Assembly (NCBI GenBank): GCA_963764165.1
Contig: CAVXRD010000003.1
Span: 256,001 to 320,000 of the forward strand
Source of the DNA: an uncultured Verrucomicrobiae bacterium
GTDB lineage: Bacteria > Verrucomicrobiota > Verrucomicrobiia > Limisphaerales > Palsa-1400
Direction: 5' to 3'
DNA length: 64,000 bases
Below are positions 59,439 to 64,000 of the stretch, piece by piece (position 1 is the stretch's first letter; each line of letters opens with the position of its first letter). The translations under genes were made by a program, and so were the position numbers. The notes under the pieces were generated by a model. It did no database searches, was not told where the DNA came from, and saw nothing but the letters and a program-made list of their open reading frames with translations.

Positions 59439-61277
59439 ATGAGCGAAGATTCCCAATTGTTGCAGAGTTACGCCGCCACCGGATCGGAAGCGGCGTTCTC
59501 TGAATTGGCGCGGCGCCATGTGGATCTTGTTTATTCCGCCGCGCTTCGATTGCTGAACGGGGATGCGCATCGCGCCCAGGATCTGGCCCAGCAGGTGTTC
59601 TGCGAATTGGCGCGGCGGGCCCCGCAGCTCGCGCGCCATCCGGCCCTCGTCGGCTGGCTTTACACAACCACACGGCAAATGGCGTGCCGGATTATTCGCA
59701 CTGAACAGCGCCGCGCCGCCCGTGAACAAGTGGCCCACACGATGAATGAGATCACCCGCCAAACCGGGACGCCGCCGAATTGGGACCAGCTTGGCTCCGT
59801 GCTGGAAGACGCCATGCACGAATTGGCGGAAGCCGACCGGCTCGCCATCCTCATGCGCTTTTTCAATAATAAAAGCCTGCGGGACACTGGCGCGGAATTG
59901 GGCGTTTCGGAAAACGCCGCCCGCATGAGAATTGACCGGGCGCTTGACAGGCTTCGGCAGAATCTTCAGCGAAAGGGCATTTCATCGACCGGCGTGGCGC
60001 TCGCCACAGCATTGTCCAGCAATGCCGTCCAAACCGCGCCCGCGGCATTCTCCGCGTCAATCGCGGCTGGAGCGCTGGCGGGCGTCGCGTCAAAAGGCGG
60101 AACTTCACTCAGCTTGATAAAACTTATGGCAGCCACAAAACTCAAAATCGGCCTTGCTCTCGTCATCATTGCGGGCGCGGCCGCGATATATCATTCCGAG
60201 CACGCCGCGCGCCTTGCGTCAGATGCGGAAAGCGAAAATCTCCGCCGCCAGCTGGCGCAAATGAAGGCGGACAATGCTGAACTTTCCAGCCGCCTCGCGC
60301 TGTCAATTCACTCGCATTCCAGCCAAAATGCCTTGGCTAATGCGGCTGGCGCAGGAACGCCTCTTGCGAACACGAATACCGCGGCGAGCTTGCGGGCAAG
60401 GCTGATCGAAAGTCCGCCAAAGGTCACCGCCGAGCAACTTGAGCCATACCTAAAATCCCATCATCGCGACGCCACCAGTCTTTTGGCCGCCTATCGCGTC
60501 AGTCACGATCCAGCGTTGCTGCAGGAAGCGATGAAGAACTTCCCCACCGATTCGCAGGTCGATTTCGAGGCATCCATCAACACGAACGCATCCCCCGCCG
60601 AGCGCCGCCAATGGTTGAATGCTCTTGAAACATCCGCGCCTGATAATGCTCTCGCCAATTATTTATCCGCCGCGGCCTACTTCAAATCAGGCCAAAGCGA
60701 CCTCGCGCTTCAAGAAATCGCCACCGCATCTGGCAAGCAAAGTTTCATGGACTACACGACGGATCGGATGGTGAACGACAACGAGGCTTATCTGGATGCG
60801 GGATTTTCCGTTACGGATGCGCGAACACTTTCCGCCGCCCAATTATTGCTGCCGCAACTTTTCGATATCAAAGACCTTGGCCTGAACCTGCTTTCGCTCG
60901 CGCAAACGTATCAGCAATCCGGCGACACCAGCTCCGCACAGCAAGCGTTTCAGATGGCGGCAGCGCTGGGTCAGCGATACTCAACCGCGCAACCTGGCGA
61001 GCCAGAAGTGAGTCAACTCGTCGGAATGTGGATTGAGCATCAAGCCCTTGGCGGGATGGACCCGAACACCGCAGTCGGCGACAACGGCCAGACCGCGCAA
61101 AACCAACTCGACCAGCTAAACCAGGCGCGCGCGACTCTCAAAGATCTGAATGACCAGGCTCAGCCTTACTTTGACACCATGTCCGACACGGATTACATGA
61201 CTTACAAAGACCGCTGGATGGCCTTCGGCGAAGAAGCCGCTTTGAGGTGGGTCATCAATAAATTCGGCCAGCCATGA
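59439..61277 (+). CDS. ECF sigma70 factor with long TM-linked C-terminal extension
   Basis: AFSELARRHVDLVYSAALR, AQDLAQQVF, LVGWLY, sigma4 GVSENAARMRIDRAL; hydrophobic segment, then helical domain. Confidence 0.9.
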   Translation: MSEDSQLLQSYAATGSEAAFSELARRHVDLVYSAALRLLNGDAHRAQDLAQQVFCELARRAPQLARHPALVGWLYTTTRQMACRIIRTEQRRAAREQVAHTMNEITRQTGTPPNWDQLGSVLEDAMHELAEADRLAILMRFFNNKSLRDTGAELGVSENAARMRIDRALDRLRQNLQRKGISSTGVALATALSSNAVQTAPAAFSASIAAGALAGVASKGGTSLSLIKLMAATKLKIGLALVIIAGAAAIYHSEHAARLASDAESENLRRQLAQMKADNAELSSRLALSIHSHSSQNALANAAGAGTPLANTNTAASLRARLIESPPKVTAEQLEPYLKSHHRDATSLLAAYRVSHDPALLQEAMKNFPTDSQVDFEASINTNASPAERRQWLNALETSAPDNALANYLSAAAYFKSGQSDLALQEIATASGKQSFMDYTTDRMVNDNEAYLDAGFSVTDARTLSAAQLLLPQLFDIKDLGLNLLSLAQTYQQSGDTSSAQQAFQMAAALGQRYSTAQPGEPEVSQLVGMWIEHQALGGMDPNTAVGDNGQTAQNQLDQLNQARATLKDLNDQAQPYFDTMSDTDYMTYKDRWMAFGEEAALRWVINKFGQP

Positions 61278-61287
61278 ATCCATCGAC

Positions 61288-61394
61288 GGCAGGGCGAGAC
61301 TCTGTCGAGCCCTGATCAAGTTTTTAATTAATTCGACTAAGGATTCCCTCGATACCCAAAATCCACAATGGTCTCGACAGAGTCTCGCCCTGCC
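61288..61394. repeat. Uninterrupted REP-like family A variant doublet between convergent genes
   Basis: GGCAGGGCGAGACTCTGTCGAG ... CTCGACAGAGTCTCGCCCTGCC; single related arm near 52395-52420. Confidence 0.88.
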
Positions 61395-61402
61395 AGCCTC
61401 AC

Positions 61403-61708
61403 TTAATCCTCTTTGCGGGTCTTTACCGCGGGCTTTTTCTTGTAGGGGGAATGGAGATTAAAATAAATGCCGCACAGGGGGCGGTCATTTTCGGTCTGGC
61501 TGAGAATGATCGTGACTTGCTTGTCCAGCGCGATGCCGTGGCGGAGATGCGGGCCGCGCGTCAAGTAAGTCTTGATCGCCTTGTCCATTAGCGAAATTAA
61601 AGCCGCCTTGCATTCCTCGGGAGTTTTATCGATGCACACGATGTGCTTATCGTAGGACTTGAGGGCCTCGATGATCTCCGCTTGAAATGTTTCGACGGTT
61701 AAATCCAT
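61403..61708 (-). CDS. Hypothetical protein
   Basis: 101-aa ORF 3 bp after yggS stop; LRHGIALD, CGIYFNL. Confidence 0.75.
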   Translation of the reverse strand: MDLTVETFQAEIIEALKSYDKHIVCIDKTPEECKAALISLMDKAIKTYLTRGPHLRHGIALDKQVTIILSQTENDRPLCGIYFNLHSPYKKKPAVKTRKED

Positions 61709-61711
61709 GCA

Positions 61712-62419
61712 TCAAATTTCGCCGGCGGCCGGTTTGAACGCCGTTCTCGCGCCCAAAAGAGCGCTGCCGACCCGTATCATAGTCGCTCCTTCTTCCACCG
61801 CCACTTCAAAATCACCACTCATGCCCATGCTCAATTGCGGCAGCGGCGCGCCGAGGATTTCCTCGCACTGCCCCTTCAACTCCCGCAGCCGGCGGAAGAC
61901 CGGGCGAACTTTCTCCGGATCCTGCGCGTAAGGCGCGACGGTCATCAAGCCGTGCAATTCGATTTTCGGCAGCGCGTTCAACTCACCCAACTCCGCCAGG
62001 ACTTTCTCCGGTGAGTAACCAAATTTGCTTGACTCGCCCGCCACGTTGACTTCAAGAAGGATGCGCATCGTCTTGGCGGATTTCTCGGCCCACTTGTTAA
62101 TTTCCTGGGCAAGGGCAAGGCTGTCGACACTTTGAATCATCTCGAAAAAATGCACGGCGTCGCGGCATTTGTTGGATTGCAGATGGCCGATCATGTGCCA
62201 ATGAAGGCGGTTCGAGCACTGGCCAATTTTCACCTTCGCCTCCTGCACGCGATTTTCCCCAAAAATTGTCAAACCTAATTCCGCGGCGGCGGTGACCGTC
62301 TGGGCCGGGTGGCCTTTCGAAACCGTGACAAGCGTGACAGAAGAAGCATCGCGACCCGACCGGGCGCAGGCGGCGGAAATGCGCTGCCGGACGCTCGTCA
62401 GGTTGGCCGCGATGTCCAT
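61712..62419 (-). CDS. yggS: YggS-family PLP homeostasis protein
   Basis: VSK, FGENRVQE, HMIGHLQSNK, LSMGMSGD, RVGS. Confidence 0.96.
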   Translation of the reverse strand: MDIAANLTSVRQRISAACARSGRDASSVTLVTVSKGHPAQTVTAAAELGLTIFGENRVQEAKVKIGQCSNRLHWHMIGHLQSNKCRDAVHFFEMIQSVDSLALAQEINKWAEKSAKTMRILLEVNVAGESSKFGYSPEKVLAELGELNALPKIELHGLMTVAPYAQDPEKVRPVFRRLRELKGQCEEILGAPLPQLSMGMSGDFEVAVEEGATMIRVGSALLGARTAFKPAAGEI

Positions 62420-62422
62420 AAA

Positions 62423-63475
62423 TCAGTTCAACCCGGCCGTTTCCGGGAAACCGCGCATGATATTCATGCTCTGCACCGCCTGCCCGCTCGCGCCTTTCGT
62501 GACGTTGTCGATCGCGCTGATCACGATGAGCCTGCCGGTGCGGGAATCGAGCCGCCACGCGATTTCGATGACATTGCTGCCGGTCACATTCTTGGTATCA
62601 GGGAGCGCATTGCCTTCGACGAGACGCACAAAGGGTTCGCTGGCGTAGGCGTCCTGGTAACAGCGAGTAATCTTCTCGCGCAATTCCGCCAGCGCAGCCT
62701 CGCTTTCGATTCGCTTTGCCGGTGTCAAATAAAGAGTCGTGAGAATGCCGCGATTCACCGGGATCAAATGCGGTGTAAACTGAATAATCACTTTCGCGCC
62801 CGCGGCCAAACCAAGTTGCTCCTCAATCTCCGAAAGGTGGCGATGCTTGGGAATTCCGTAGGGGCGAACGCTCTCGTTGCATTCCGGAAAAAGATAATCC
62901 AATTCGACCTTGCGCCCTGCCCCGCTCACCCCGCTCATGGAATCCGCGATGATGTTGTTGCTGTCAATAATACCCGCCTTCAACAACGGAATTACCGGCA
63001 GCAAAATGCTGGTCGGATAACAGCCCGGGGAAGCGATCAGGGAAGCGCTTTTGATGGCGTCCCGATACACCTCCGGCAATCCGTAAACGGAGCGTTCGAG
63101 AAGCTCCGGCGCGGGATGATCGTGACCGTAGAATTCCTTGTAAACCGCCGCGCTGTTGAGCCGAAAATCCGCGCTTAAGTCGATGACTTGGCAGCCTTGG
63201 TCGAGCAAAGGAGTGGCGAATTCCGCCGCGACACCGTGAGGCAAAGCGAGGAAAACGACATCGGCGGATTTGGCCAGCAAATCCGCTTGCGGTTCGCAAA
63301 ACCGAAGGGTTTTGGCCTTTGGATCGTTGCCGAATTTTGGGAAAATGCGGGCCACCGTCTGCCCGGCGTATTGACGCGACGTCACCGCAGCCAGCTCGGC
63401 GTGCGGGTGACGTAAAAGCAGGCGCACCAATTCCTCGCCCGAGTAACCGGACGCGCCCACGATGGCGGCCTTCAT
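62423..63475 (-). CDS. argC: N-acetyl-gamma-glutamyl-phosphate reductase
   Basis: GASGYSG, LALPHG, DLSADFRL, PGCYPT, SGVSGAG, DNVTKGASGQA. Confidence 0.97.
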   Translation of the reverse strand: MKAAIVGASGYSGEELVRLLLRHPHAELAAVTSRQYAGQTVARIFPKFGNDPKAKTLRFCEPQADLLAKSADVVFLALPHGVAAEFATPLLDQGCQVIDLSADFRLNSAAVYKEFYGHDHPAPELLERSVYGLPEVYRDAIKSASLIASPGCYPTSILLPVIPLLKAGIIDSNNIIADSMSGVSGAGRKVELDYLFPECNESVRPYGIPKHRHLSEIEEQLGLAAGAKVIIQFTPHLIPVNRGILTTLYLTPAKRIESEAALAELREKITRCYQDAYASEPFVRLVEGNALPDTKNVTGSNVIEIAWRLDSRTGRLIVISAIDNVTKGASGQAVQSMNIMRGFPETAGLN

Positions 63476-63480
63476 GGAAA

Positions 63481-63876
63481 TTACCGCTTGCTGTATTGGA
63501 AGCGTTTGCGTGCGCCCGGCTGGCCGTATTTTTCGCGTTCGCGCATACGCGGATCGCGGGTCAGGAGACCGGCAGTCTTGAGCGTCGGACGCAAAGCGGC
63601 GTCAACCGTCAAAAGCGCGCGGGCGATGCCGTGCCGGACGGCTCCGGCCTGGCCCATGGGCCCACCGCCACCGACATTGATGCGGATATCATACTTCGCG
63701 AGGCTCTCGGTCACGGCCAAAGGCTTGACGGCGAGCGTGCGCAGCGTGTCGGTGGGGAAATAAATCTCAAACGGGCGGCCGTTCACGACGATTTTTCCCG
63801 AACCGGTCGCCAAACGAACGCGGGCAACCGCGGTTTTGCGGCGGCCCGTACCAAGAAATTCTTTTGTCTCAGCCAT
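63481..63876 (-). CDS. rpsI: 30S ribosomal protein S9
   Basis: [35 protein letters not shown]. Confidence 0.99.
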   Translation of the reverse strand: MAETKEFLGTGRRKTAVARVRLATGSGKIVVNGRPFEIYFPTDTLRTLAVKPLAVTESLAKYDIRINVGGGGPMGQAGAVRHGIARALLTVDAALRPTLKTAGLLTRDPRMREREKYGQPGARKRFQYSKR

Positions 63877-63888
63877 ATTATAAAGTGG

Positions 63889-63999
63889 TTATTTAACTGC
63901 CGCGAGCGTGGCGGGCTGTTGCGCCGAATGTGGATGCTTCGCTCCCTTGTAAACTTTCAGCTTGGTCATCAGGACGCGGCCAAGACGGTTCTTCGGAAC
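63889..63999 (-). CDS. rplM: 50S ribosomal protein L13, C-terminal part (gene continues outside window)
   Basis: Hand translation [29 protein letters not shown]; directly upstream of rpsI. Confidence 0.95.
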   Translation of the reverse strand, partial: VPKNRLGRVLMTKLKVYKGAKHPHSAQQPATLAAVK

Positions 64000-64000
64000 C

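Overview
GC-rich bacterial chromosomal window, most likely Verrucomicrobiota (Pedosphaerales-like). This is inferred from a prepilin/H-X9-DG protein, an ECF sigma factor with a long C-terminal extension, and secreted proteins ending in an 'FYR' domain. In order, it contains: two-component signalling genes; a decayed IS66; a CHASE3 hybrid kinase-CheR-CheB-kinase operon; gmhB-kdsB-pyrG; a VapC-type toxin-antitoxin pair; DUF47-PiT; two oxidoreductases; a compact radical SAM-ketosynthase-chain length factor-ACP operon with a nearby adenylation enzyme; secreted proteins; hydA; rhaA-rhaT; an ABC-F ATPase; a DUF433/PIN pair; a fliA-motA-motB operon preceded by a sigma54-type promoter motif; an ECF sigma factor; and rplM-rpsI-argC-yggS. 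I recognised no rRNA, tRNA or CRISPR array. Two things stand out. The first is a HydE-like radical SAM enzyme coupled to a minimal type II KS/CLF/ACP set, with no hydrogenase genes in the window. The second is a layered set of non-coding mobile elements: REP-like doublets, two copies of a small shell inserted at the same position of a REP arm with a duplicated CT/AG core (IS110-like signature), and two MITEs with clear terminal inverted repeats and target-site duplications. All assignments come from reading motifs by eye. No database searches were run, and adjusted start codons are estimates.
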